Positions 26,290-34,197 of a stretch of 64,000 nt of DNA are shown piece after piece; position 1 is the first letter of the stretch, and each line of letters starts with the position of its first letter. Origin of the DNA: a virus. Both the position numbers and the translations under genes were made by a program. The stretch lies in the IMG/VR virus record IMGVR_UViG_3300046468_002660. The stretch is one strand, 5' to 3'. The notes under the pieces are model-generated. The model was not told where the DNA came from, ran no database searches, and saw only the letters and a program-made list of their open reading frames with translations.

Positions 26290-27323
26290 TCGAAAAACAT
26301 TCAAAGCTTTTTGATCAATATCTAATAGAATTCCAAGAAGACATTAGAAGAATAGTTGGTAAATTTAAAAAAAGCTTTCACGCTCTTTCTGATGAGGAAA
26401 TTTATAGTGAATGTAATTTACATTTATTAAAAAACAAGGAAAAGATATTAAATTCTTTTCCTGACGATCAAGAGTTCAATCAATCAGAGTTTAAAAAAAT
26501 AGCATATCATTATGTAAAAAACGAATGTGTTTGGACTCACTACAGATTCATGAATAAATCTTATAACCGTCGCAAGCTTGACGGATATATAGAGACTGAC
26601 GATGGAACGAAAACTATTTTTGAAGCTGCTATTGAAACTCAAGGAAAAGAAAATGAGGACATTGATAGTGATTTAATATTTCATGCAGCTACCACTGATC
26701 AATTTTTTCATGTGCTCACAAAATATTCCTATCTTTTGACCGAGCAGGAAGTTGAAATTATTTCTTATATTCGTTCTGGTTTTAATCAAGATCAAATCGC
26801 TGAAAAACTAGAAGTTACGCATCAAGCTATATCTTTTTGTTATAAAAATATCCAAGCGAAATTAAAAAGTCATTTTAATTTTCATGATGTATTAAATGGA
26901 GGTTCAGTAAAGTTAATCACCAATGGGCAAAAAGCTATTGATTCTTTTTTTAATGTAGATCATCAAGAACCATCAATTAGCGAAGAAGATAAGCAAAAAA
27001 TTAAAAATTATATTCTTGAAAACCCTAAAACTTATACAGGTATAGAAATTAATAAAAAATTATTTAATAATAAATACAGTAATCAAAAAATCTGGGGAGC
27101 GATTAGAAGTTTAAAACTCACCCCTCTTGTAAAGAGCAGGAATCGTCCTTTCACAAACAAAGAAAGGGAATTAATTTTTTCTTGTTTTGAAAAAGGGAAA
27201 ACCGCTGAAGAAGTTGCAAAAATCATAGGCATTAAAACTACTTCAGCTAGAAGAATGAGAGAAGAGTTAGTTAAAAAAGGAAAACTCTTAAGGCTAAGTG
27301 AGCTTAGAAATAAAAGTTCTTAA
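26268..27323 (+). CDS. Sigma-factor-like protein with region-4 HTH and extra C-terminal HTH
   Basis: LTEQEVEII...GFNQDQIAEKLEVTHQAIS; GKTAEEVAKIIGIKTTS. Confidence 0.65.
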   Translation: MEHSKQIIEKHSKLFDQYLIEFQEDIRRIVGKFKKSFHALSDEEIYSECNLHLLKNKEKILNSFPDDQEFNQSEFKKIAYHYVKNECVWTHYRFMNKSYNRRKLDGYIETDDGTKTIFEAAIETQGKENEDIDSDLIFHAATTDQFFHVLTKYSYLLTEQEVEIISYIRSGFNQDQIAEKLEVTHQAISFCYKNIQAKLKSHFNFHDVLNGGSVKLITNGQKAIDSFFNVDHQEPSISEEDKQKIKNYILENPKTYTGIEINKKLFNNKYSNQKIWGAIRSLKLTPLVKSRNRPFTNKERELIFSCFEKGKTAEEVAKIIGIKTTSARRMREELVKKGKLLRLSELRNKSS

Positions 27324-27335
27324 ATTTCATTTTTG

Positions 27336-27382
27336 AAAAAAAAATATTCGACAAACCACTTAATAGTGGACTATATACATTA
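27336..27382 (+). repeat. 47-bp dispersed upstream element, copy 1 (copy 2 at 39310-39356)
   Basis: 41/47 identical; core AGTGGACTATATACATTA abuts the start codon. Confidence 0.85.
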
Positions 27383-27921
27383 TGAAAAATCTATTATATA
27401 AAACTCGCACATATTTAGTTGGTCACATGCAGTATCTTAGTGGTCGAGATTGGAGAAAAGAAGTTACAGAAAAATTATCTCCACTAGAAATCACTTGTTT
27501 TAATCCCTATGAAAAACCATTCATCAAAGATGTGGAAGAAGATGAAGCTTCTCGTCGAGAGATGGAAACTTGGATGAAAACCAAGCAATATGATCGAGTA
27601 ACTGAAAAAATGAAAACTGTTCGCGCGTATGATTTAAATTTAGTTGATCGTAGTGATTTTATTATTGCTCATCTTGTTCCTGATGTGGCGAGCTGGGGTA
27701 GCGCAGAAGAAATTGTTACAGCTGTTCGAGAAAAAAAACCTGTTTTTATTAGTATGGAAGGGGGGAAATCAAAGACTCCTCTGTGGATGCTTGGAATGCT
27801 ACCTCATAAATATATTTATAATTCAATAGATGAAATAATTGAAATGCTATATGCTATAGATAGTGGTGGCAAGCCGATTGATTCAGATCGCTGGAGATTA
27901 TTAAGAAAACAATTTAGATAA
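27382..27921 (+). CDS. Nucleoside 2-deoxyribosyltransferase-like protein
   Basis: TYLVGHM..WR...FNPY...DLNLVDRSDFII...WGSAEEI. Confidence 0.75.
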   Translation: MKNLLYKTRTYLVGHMQYLSGRDWRKEVTEKLSPLEITCFNPYEKPFIKDVEEDEASRREMETWMKTKQYDRVTEKMKTVRAYDLNLVDRSDFIIAHLVPDVASWGSAEEIVTAVREKKPVFISMEGGKSKTPLWMLGMLPHKYIYNSIDEIIEMLYAIDSGGKPIDSDRWRLLRKQFR

Positions 27922-27922
27922 T

Positions 27923-27951
27923 AAAAAACCCTCTGAAAAGAGAGGGTTTTT
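27923..27951. terminator. Bidirectional intrinsic terminator between convergent genes
   Basis: AAAAACCCTCT-GAAAAG-AGAGGGTTTTT. Confidence 0.85.
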
Positions 27952-27975
27952 AAACTCTTTAGTTAAACAATAGAA

Positions 27976-28314
27976 TTAGTCTAATTCGTAATGCTTACCT
28001 TCAAAGGTGCAGATGTGAGGATCGTCACAGCCTGAAGCTGAATCTGGTATATCATATGTGTAGGTTACTGAGATTGTATCTCCATTATAAGTCCCTGCTG
28101 CACATGAGAAACAATACTGCGTAGAATCCGCTGACCCATCGCCAGTTGAATCATACCCACTTTCAGTATCATAACTACACCCACTTCCACCTGTAGGGGT
28201 ATTCATGACCACATTCTCCATACAGTCATTACTCAATATACTGCACATTGATCTGCTGCCTTCATCAGAGGTTATATCACCGCTTATTGTAAATGTAAAA
28301 CTTCCGCTTGCCAT
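27976..28314 (-). CDS. Small acidic Ser/Gly/Cys-rich protein ending in a GDPH/VWD-like motif
   Basis: C-terminal GCDDPHICTFEGKHYELD; GTGTA motif upstream on minus strand. Confidence 0.7.
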   Translation of the reverse strand: MASGSFTFTISGDITSDEGSRSMCSILSNDCMENVVMNTPTGGSGCSYDTESGYDSTGDGSADSTQYCFSCAAGTYNGDTISVTYTYDIPDSASGCDDPHICTFEGKHYELD

Positions 28315-28385
28315 AATACTCTATTATACACTATTTTAAAACAAGTTTTTTTATTAATAATCATTATCTATGTGTAATAACACAT

Positions 28386-29066
28386 GTGAAAAAAAATGAA
28401 AACATTGCTTTTTATAATCTTTTAGATACAAAAAATACCAGAGATATTCGAACAATAATTAATTTAGAAACTATTCCAATGCTTGATCAATTTGCTGCTC
28501 AAGGTCATGATGCTACAAGAAAAGAATGGGTGGAAGAAAAATTATCTGAACCAAAATGGAATTATTCTCACAGAATATGGGTCAAACAATTTCCTCCTGA
28601 TGGATCAAGTCTTGAATGCATCATGAATATAATTGATGGTAGTATAGAATATAATAATAAAAAATATTTTTTTATACAAGACCCAATTGAAGTCGAAGAG
28701 AAAAACAGGCTTTTGGACAATTTTTTGATTCAATTTATGTTGGAACATAATTTTGGATCTGATTTTTTTCTTGACGATGTTAATAAAAAACTATCTGTCA
28801 CAAGGCGCAATTTATATATTGCTAATCGACACGATAAAGTTCAACCTAAAACAGACTGCAACACAAATTTGTACGATCAAAGCGAAATAAATTGGAATAT
28901 AATATTAAGCAGAATTACTTTTCTTGATATTATAACAATAATAACTTTTAGTAGGGCTGCTAGATTTAAGATAGTATTTCGTCATGATTGGAAGAATTGT
29001 AAAGGAGCTCTCGTGAAAGAGTCCAACGAAAATAAGTTACATGATTTTTTTGAAATTAGAGATTGA
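28386..29066 (+). CDS. Hypothetical protein
   Basis: 226-aa ORF, GTG start 14 nt after GTGTA motif. Confidence 0.65.
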   Translation: MKKNENIAFYNLLDTKNTRDIRTIINLETIPMLDQFAAQGHDATRKEWVEEKLSEPKWNYSHRIWVKQFPPDGSSLECIMNIIDGSIEYNNKKYFFIQDPIEVEEKNRLLDNFLIQFMLEHNFGSDFFLDDVNKKLSVTRRNLYIANRHDKVQPKTDCNTNLYDQSEINWNIILSRITFLDIITIITFSRAARFKIVFRHDWKNCKGALVKESNENKLHDFFEIRD

Positions 29067-29091
29067 CTTATTTATTAAATTTTAGTATTAT
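29063..29091 (+). promoter_or_regulatory. sigma70-type promoter
   Basis: TTGACT-N17-TATTAT; ATG at 29100. Confidence 0.65.
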
Positions 29092-29099
29092 ATATCTAT

Positions 29100-29168
29100 A
29101 TGGAAATTTTGCAATTTATTTTATATTTCGCTACTTGTTACGCTTATTATTATTTTAATATGTCATGA
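29100..29168 (+). CDS. 22-aa hydrophobic small protein (not in ORF track)
   Basis: MEILQFILYFATCYAYYYFNMS*; directly after promoter, ATGA-coupled to next gene. Confidence 0.5.
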   Translation: MEILQFILYFATCYAYYYFNMS

Positions 29169-29413
29169 TCATTATAGACAATGCTTTGAATTATAATTTT
29201 CGTTTCGGTTTTAATCAAACTCAAGACTACATTATAAATTCTTTAGAAAAAGAGTTTAAACAAATTCATGGCGAAACACTTTTTAACGAGTGTTCATTAA
29301 TAATAATTATTGAAAACCAAAATTTTTACCACGTAATTAGAAACAAACATAAAGTTAGAGTCAGTGGAGAGCTTGTGGATAATTTATGTAATGATTTGCA
29401 ATCGCATATTTAA
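29165..29413 (+). CDS. Hypothetical protein
   Basis: 82-aa ORF. Confidence 0.6.
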   Translation: MIIIDNALNYNFRFGFNQTQDYIINSLEKEFKQIHGETLFNECSLIIIIENQNFYHVIRNKHKVRVSGELVDNLCNDLQSHI

Positions 29414-29479
29414 TAATGTTAAATAAAATATAATAGAAATTATATAAGAGTTTTTTATGATAAGATATATCATCAAGCA

Positions 29480-29644
29480 ATGAACAAATCAAAACTTAAA
29501 GAAATAAAAGATATTATGGGCTACCAAGGTCTTCCTCAACAAAAAAGGTTATTAAGAAAATTTAAAAAATCGTATGCAGCTTTAAGTCAACAAGATAAAA
29601 TTCAAATTATAAAAGATTTAAAACAAAAATTTAGTGGAAAATAA
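29480..29644 (+). CDS. Small basic protein (54 aa; not in ORF track)
   Basis: MNKSKLKEIKDIMGYQG...FSGK* fills the intergenic gap. Confidence 0.6.
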   Translation: MNKSKLKEIKDIMGYQGLPQQKRLLRKFKKSYAALSQQDKIQIIKDLKQKFSGK

Positions 29645-29673
29645 ACTAAATAACATTAATATAAGATATAAAT

Positions 29674-30018
29674 ATGGAAACAGAAAATGATAATCGCCCT
29701 CAAAATAACGATTGGAAAGAACGCGAAGTAGGCGCTCTTTGGAAAAAATCAGGTAAAAGTCAAAATTATTTTTCAGGCAGAGTCAGTCTTGAAAATTATA
29801 AAGACGAAAAATTTGTCAACATTGTAGGGTTTGCGAACAAAGGTAAAAGAGAAAACCCCAATGCTCCTGATGTTATTCTTTATTACTCAGCCCCTACTTC
29901 TACACTTGATCTTGAATCCTCTAATTCAACTTCAAAAATCCAAGCAAAAGAAGAGTCTAGCTCAGCTCAAGTAGAGAAAGAAGCTGAGCAAGGCGCTGAA
30001 GAAGAAGTTCCATTTTAA
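29674..30018 (+). CDS. Putative ssDNA-binding protein (DUF736-like)
   Basis: EVGALWKK..K..YFSG; NPNAPD; acidic tail ending EEEVPF. Confidence 0.65.
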   Translation: METENDNRPQNNDWKEREVGALWKKSGKSQNYFSGRVSLENYKDEKFVNIVGFANKGKRENPNAPDVILYYSAPTSTLDLESSNSTSKIQAKEESSSAQVEKEAEQGAEEEVPF

Positions 30019-30019
30019 C

Positions 30020-30214
30020 ATGTCTCTTTGTTCAGATACAGTTTTTGTTGTAACTAGGGGTGGTAGAAGAGTTGAGGCTCAAAATTATCTTTCTTATGAA
30101 GATGCTAAAATTCGAGCCTCAGCTCTTATCACCATGATCAATGAATGGGACAAACCTTGCCCAACAAATGAAGTTAAAATTGTAAAAACTCGATCTCCTT
30201 ACAAAATTCGCTAA
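30020..30214 (+). CDS. Hypothetical protein
   Basis: 64-aa ORF in tight operon. Confidence 0.65.
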   Translation: MSLCSDTVFVVTRGGRRVEAQNYLSYEDAKIRASALITMINEWDKPCPTNEVKIVKTRSPYKIR

Positions 30215-30216
30215 CA

Positions 30217-30696
30217 TTGAAAACTTCAAAAAAAGTTTGGGGCAGTGATTTCATAAAACTTGCTCAGCAAAAAAAATATTTAATCAAAAAACCTACCTTA
30301 ACTCAATTTGAAGCGTATGTTAATTTCATTTTATCGGGTAAAAATGCCGATGGAAACCCGACAGAAGTTAAATTATCTTTAAAACCTTTTAAAGGTAATA
30401 AATTATCAAAGTGGCTTTGGGTAGAACTTAAAAACAGCAAAGGAAAACCAGGCTGGCTTTATGGAGAATCAGATTTTGTTGTTTTTGAGCTTGAATCTTC
30501 ATATCTTTTTGTTGTTAGAAAGAATTTGTTAGAATATATTCATTCTTCTATTGACTTTCACCTGCCTTTAGTCCAAAACGCGTGGGAAGCTAAATATAAA
30601 ATCTTTCAACGACCAGGTAAGTTGGATCAAATTACTCAAATCAAATTGCAATCTATTAAAAATTTAAAAGGAAATTATTCTTGGGAAAAATTATGA
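30217..30696 (+). CDS. PD-(D/E)XK-fold protein, paralog of 60063-60515, probably inactive
   Basis: WVELKNSKGKPGWLYGESDFVVFE. Confidence 0.6.
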   Translation: MKTSKKVWGSDFIKLAQQKKYLIKKPTLTQFEAYVNFILSGKNADGNPTEVKLSLKPFKGNKLSKWLWVELKNSKGKPGWLYGESDFVVFELESSYLFVVRKNLLEYIHSSIDFHLPLVQNAWEAKYKIFQRPGKLDQITQIKLQSIKNLKGNYSWEKL

Positions 30697-31031
30697 GCGT
30701 ATTCGAAAAAGTTAATTTTGCACTCGTCACTAGCGATTCTTTAATGGAAAAAGTGCCTTCATGGAGTTCTTATGTTTCGATGGAAGAGCCTCAGTTTTTA
30801 GATTTAATAAATTACTCTAAAGAATTAGTGGACTCAGAAGGGGATCACAAAATCACTTTTTTAGTAGTGGCTCAGGGAGAAGATGCAGTTGAAGCTCAAG
30901 AAGCTGCTCAGCAACAGGAAGCTGTTGAAACAATAGAAAAAATAAAGGAAAAAGAAGAAGCCGCCTCTAAACGAGCTTCAGACTTGCGTAGTAAATCAAA
31001 AAGCATTTTAAATTCAATTTACGGAGTTTAA
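30693..31031 (+). CDS. Hypothetical protein
   Basis: ORF with ATGA coupling. Confidence 0.65.
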   Translation: MSVFEKVNFALVTSDSLMEKVPSWSSYVSMEEPQFLDLINYSKELVDSEGDHKITFLVVAQGEDAVEAQEAAQQQEAVETIEKIKEKEEAASKRASDLRSKSKSILNSIYGV

Positions 31032-31035
31032 TTGC

Positions 31036-31064
31036 TTGACTTTATTTTATAATTATTCTATTAT
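31036..31064 (+). promoter_or_regulatory. sigma70-type promoter
   Basis: TTGACT-N17-TATTAT; ATG 31074. Confidence 0.65.
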
Positions 31065-31073
31065 AATACAATC

Positions 31074-31301
31074 ATGAGTAAAAAAAGCCATTCTCAAAAA
31101 GAAATTAATAAAGCTGTAGACGGTTTCACAAAAAGTCAAAAAGCTTGCAGTGGAACCTGTAAGTCAGACTCTATTTTTCATGTTGGTGATGCAGGAAAAG
31201 GAGATTCACCTAGAAACATCAGCAATCAATTTAAAAAAAATTATGATAACATTTTCCCAAATGCTTTTAAACCAAAATGGATGAACGAATTAAAAAAATG
31301 A
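31074..31301 (+). CDS. Small hypothetical protein (GKGDSPR..FKKNYDNIF motif)
   Basis: 75-aa ORF after promoter. Confidence 0.65.
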   Translation: MSKKSHSQKEINKAVDGFTKSQKACSGTCKSDSIFHVGDAGKGDSPRNISNQFKKNYDNIFPNAFKPKWMNELKK

Positions 31302-31618
31302 ATAACAATTTTATATCAAATTATCACATCGTATTTTCTCACCCAAGCAGGTCTTCTCTTGTTAAGTTGATAAACTCTTATTCAGGTAAAACTCCAATTA
31401 GTTTTTCAGCAACACCTAAAAAACAAAAGAAAGAGTATCTATTTTCTGTATCTGGTTCAGCCTCTGCTGACGAAGGCAATGGAGCTTCATTTTTAGAAGA
31501 GTTAAAAGAATTGGATGATAAAATTACATTACTAGAAATTGGAGGTTCTTTTATCGATAATTTGGGGCGGGGGTTCGTTAACTCACTTTGCCAAAAACAA
31601 TATACAAAAACATATTAA
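31298..31618 (+). CDS. Hypothetical protein
   Basis: ORF with ATGA coupling. Confidence 0.6.
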   Translation: MNNNFISNYHIVFSHPSRSSLVKLINSYSGKTPISFSATPKKQKKEYLFSVSGSASADEGNGASFLEELKELDDKITLLEIGGSFIDNLGRGFVNSLCQKQYTKTY

Positions 31619-31620
31619 TT

Positions 31621-31821
31621 ATGATAGTCTTAAATTTTGCTTTAAATAAATTCTTGCCATTTATCGTGCTCACTTGTCTTTCATTTCATGCTTTAGGCTT
31701 TGAAAGATTTGAACCTTATGTTATAATTGGTCTTGCCCTTTTCATTGGTCATTTCAATTTTAAAGCTGGTTATGCCGTCGCTTATTGTGAAAAGAATAAT
31801 GTTGATTTAAATGTTGACTAA
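31621..31821 (+). CDS. Small membrane protein
   Basis: Two hydrophobic segments. Confidence 0.6.
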   Translation: MIVLNFALNKFLPFIVLTCLSFHALGFERFEPYVIIGLALFIGHFNFKAGYAVAYCEKNNVDLNVD

Positions 31822-32047
31822 GTTGAAAAATAAAATTGCAAGTTTATTTGCTCCGCAATATTATGTTGTTTATAAAAATAAAGACAATGAAATAAAAACT
31901 TATCGAATTGGAAAAATTGATCTATATAAATCTTTTGGTAACAAAAGGTGTCTTAGAAAAAACATGGGCTTCCGAGCTTATTGTTATGGACGAAATCAAG
32001 TGAGATCTTTTCGTCATGATAGAATTATTTCAATAACAAAAAAATAA
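31811..32047 (+). CDS. Stand-alone WYL-like domain protein
   Basis: RAYCYGRNQVRSFRHDRIISI matches the WYL C-terminal R.FR.DRI motif. Confidence 0.6.
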   Translation: MLTKLKNKIASLFAPQYYVVYKNKDNEIKTYRIGKIDLYKSFGNKRCLRKNMGFRAYCYGRNQVRSFRHDRIISITKK

Positions 32048-32065
32048 AATAATAAAAAATTAAAA

Positions 32066-32623
32066 ATGAGTGAATATTATACGCATCAAAAATATCTAAA
32101 AGAAGAATTAAATAAATTACCTCAAAACGCCCACGTTCTAGAGTTAGGCGTTGGTGGTGGTAGCAGCTCTCTTATGAGTGATTTCTGCCTTAAAAATCTA
32201 TCTTGTAAGGTGCAAGGTTTTGAAACTTCAAATCAATGGTTAAAAGAAACTGAAAAAAAGTATGGTCTCTCCTCTAATTACACCTTTACTTATTTATCTT
32301 CTTGGGATTTGCTTGAATCACATCTAGACATTAAAAATAATATTTACGACTTAGTGTTTGTCGATCAATCTCCTTGGAAAGCTAGGATTGATTCAATTAA
32401 ATTGCTCTCTAGCTGCACAAAAGTTTTTATTCTACATGATTATGATACATTTAATACTGAAAAATGGCATAAAAGTGAAGGTCTTACAGTTCAATCTAAA
32501 AATATACGCGTTAATGATGATAGCACTTACTTAGGCTTAACTTTTGGAGAAAAGTTTATATTAGAAGATAACTTTGAGATTCTCCCACCAACTTTAGTAA
32601 TGAGAAATAAAGCATTGTCTTGA
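32066..32623 (+). CDS. Class I SAM-dependent methyltransferase-like protein
   Basis: VLELGVGGGSS, YDLVFVD, ILHD. Confidence 0.65.
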   Translation: MSEYYTHQKYLKEELNKLPQNAHVLELGVGGGSSSLMSDFCLKNLSCKVQGFETSNQWLKETEKKYGLSSNYTFTYLSSWDLLESHLDIKNNIYDLVFVDQSPWKARIDSIKLLSSCTKVFILHDYDTFNTEKWHKSEGLTVQSKNIRVNDDSTYLGLTFGEKFILEDNFEILPPTLVMRNKALS

Positions 32624-33189
32624 ACTTTTTTTTTGAATTTTGTTTATTTTTGTGTATAATATTTGCACTAGTAAGTTTATTTTTTTACCGTAAATTTCGT
32701 AAATCTCATTTTGAATATGAATCCAGCTCTAGTATTAACGTCGATCTTATGCGCAAAGAAAATGCGCTTCTTAAAGATCAATTAACCCAAATTCAAAACT
32801 CTCTTGAATATGAACGAGAACTTATTAACTCTCAGCGAGAAGAATTTAACCAAAAAGAAAAAGAATTAATTAAATCTAATAGTGACCTACAAAATCAACT
32901 CACTGAAGAAACAGAAGCTCGCAGAAAAGTATTAAGTCAAAAAAAAAGCAGTGAGGTCCGCCTCGGTAACATAGCTGAAACTCTAGCTCCTTTTTTAGAA
33001 CAATTTGAATTTGACCCAGAAAACTGTACTTTTTTAGGAAAACCTGTAGACTATATCTCTTTTGGGGACGACGAAATAACAATTATTGAAATTAAAAGTG
33101 GTAACAGCCAATTAAATCAAAAACAAAGACACATTAGAGATCTTGTAAAAAACAAGTTAATAAGCTGGAAAGAAGTAAGAATAAAATAA
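32620..33189 (+). CDS. Membrane-anchored Holliday-junction-resolvase-like endonuclease (Endonuc_Holl type)
   Basis: N-terminal TM + coiled coil; GNIAETLAPF...FLGKPVDYISF...IEIKSG..L...Q..I. Confidence 0.8.
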   Translation: MNFFFEFCLFLCIIFALVSLFFYRKFRKSHFEYESSSSINVDLMRKENALLKDQLTQIQNSLEYERELINSQREEFNQKEKELIKSNSDLQNQLTEETEARRKVLSQKKSSEVRLGNIAETLAPFLEQFEFDPENCTFLGKPVDYISFGDDEITIIEIKSGNSQLNQKQRHIRDLVKNKLISWKEVRIK

Positions 33190-33209
33190 TTTTAACAAAA
33201 CTAAATAAT

Positions 33210-33851
33210 ATGAAAAACAAAATCGTATCATTACTATTAGCCTTCGGGCTGTCTAACGCTGTTTTTGCAAATTCTGCAAAACTAGGATATGCATCTGATT
33301 ATTTTTATCGTGGTGTACAAAAGTCGGAAGAAGCTGTTCAAGCTTCACTTGCTTTGTCTGCCGACCTTGAAGGTGTAACTGTTTCCGCTGGAGCTTTTAC
33401 AAATCAATCGGTAAATACTGGATCTGATTCATATCAATTAACGCTTGGCGCTGAAAAGTCCTTGAATGAGCTTTTCTCTATTTATGGAGGCTTAAATCAC
33501 TTCGAGGACGTATCTGGAGAAGCTTTGTTTGAAGCTCAGATCGGCGTTCAGCTTAACGCATTGCTGTCTCCTTCTGTTAATGTATATCGTTCTTTTGACG
33601 ATGAATTGTATACATTTGAGGTTGGCGTAAACCATAAGTTTGATCTTGAATTAGCTAACTTATGCTTACACGCTTCCGCTGGCCAAACTGATCTGACAGA
33701 AGCTATAGATAGCGATTACTATGCTTTTGGGGCAAACGTTTCTCGAGATCTATCAGAAAATGCGTCGGTTGTAGTTTCTGCTGACCGTATTGATTCTGAT
33801 TTAATTGATTCAGAATGGGTGTTCGGTCTATCAGTTTCCACAAACTTTTAA
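33210..33851 (+). CDS. Outer-membrane beta-barrel protein, Gcw_chp/TIGR02001-like
   Basis: Signal peptide; YASDYFYRG; amphipathic strands; terminal Phe. Confidence 0.7.
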   Translation: MKNKIVSLLLAFGLSNAVFANSAKLGYASDYFYRGVQKSEEAVQASLALSADLEGVTVSAGAFTNQSVNTGSDSYQLTLGAEKSLNELFSIYGGLNHFEDVSGEALFEAQIGVQLNALLSPSVNVYRSFDDELYTFEVGVNHKFDLELANLCLHASAGQTDLTEAIDSDYYAFGANVSRDLSENASVVVSADRIDSDLIDSEWVFGLSVSTNF

Positions 33852-33870
33852 CTTTTAATAAAATAAAATT

Positions 33871-34134
33871 ATGAAAAATACACTAGATACAATCACTTGT
33901 GCTGTAAAAGGTATTGCAGCCACATTGCTTAGCGTTCTTGGACTTCTTGTTATTGTCCAAGCTGTTTTTGGTTCATCTGCTCCTGTGGATGTGATCGGAA
34001 ATCTACAAGCTTTAATTGGAGGGTTTGTTGGGCCAGAGACTGGCTTCACGTCTTTCCTCACTCTTGTTCTTGTAGTAGCTTTGTTAGCTAAGAATAGTTC
34101 CTGCTCTCAAAGCAAATGCGACAAAGAAGGTTAA
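33871..34134 (+). CDS. Small inner-membrane protein
   Basis: Two to three hydrophobic helices. Confidence 0.75.
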   Translation: MKNTLDTITCAVKGIAATLLSVLGLLVIVQAVFGSSAPVDVIGNLQALIGGFVGPETGFTSFLTLVLVVALLAKNSSCSQSKCDKEG

Positions 34135-34155
34135 TTATTTATTAACCTTTAAATT

Positions 34156-34182
34156 AAGGGGGGCTTTGCCCCCCTTTTTTTT
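34156..34182 (+). terminator. Rho-independent terminator
   Basis: AAGGGGGGC-TTT-GCCCCCC followed by T8. Confidence 0.9.
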
Positions 34183-34197
34183 GTGTAATTATGTTTA

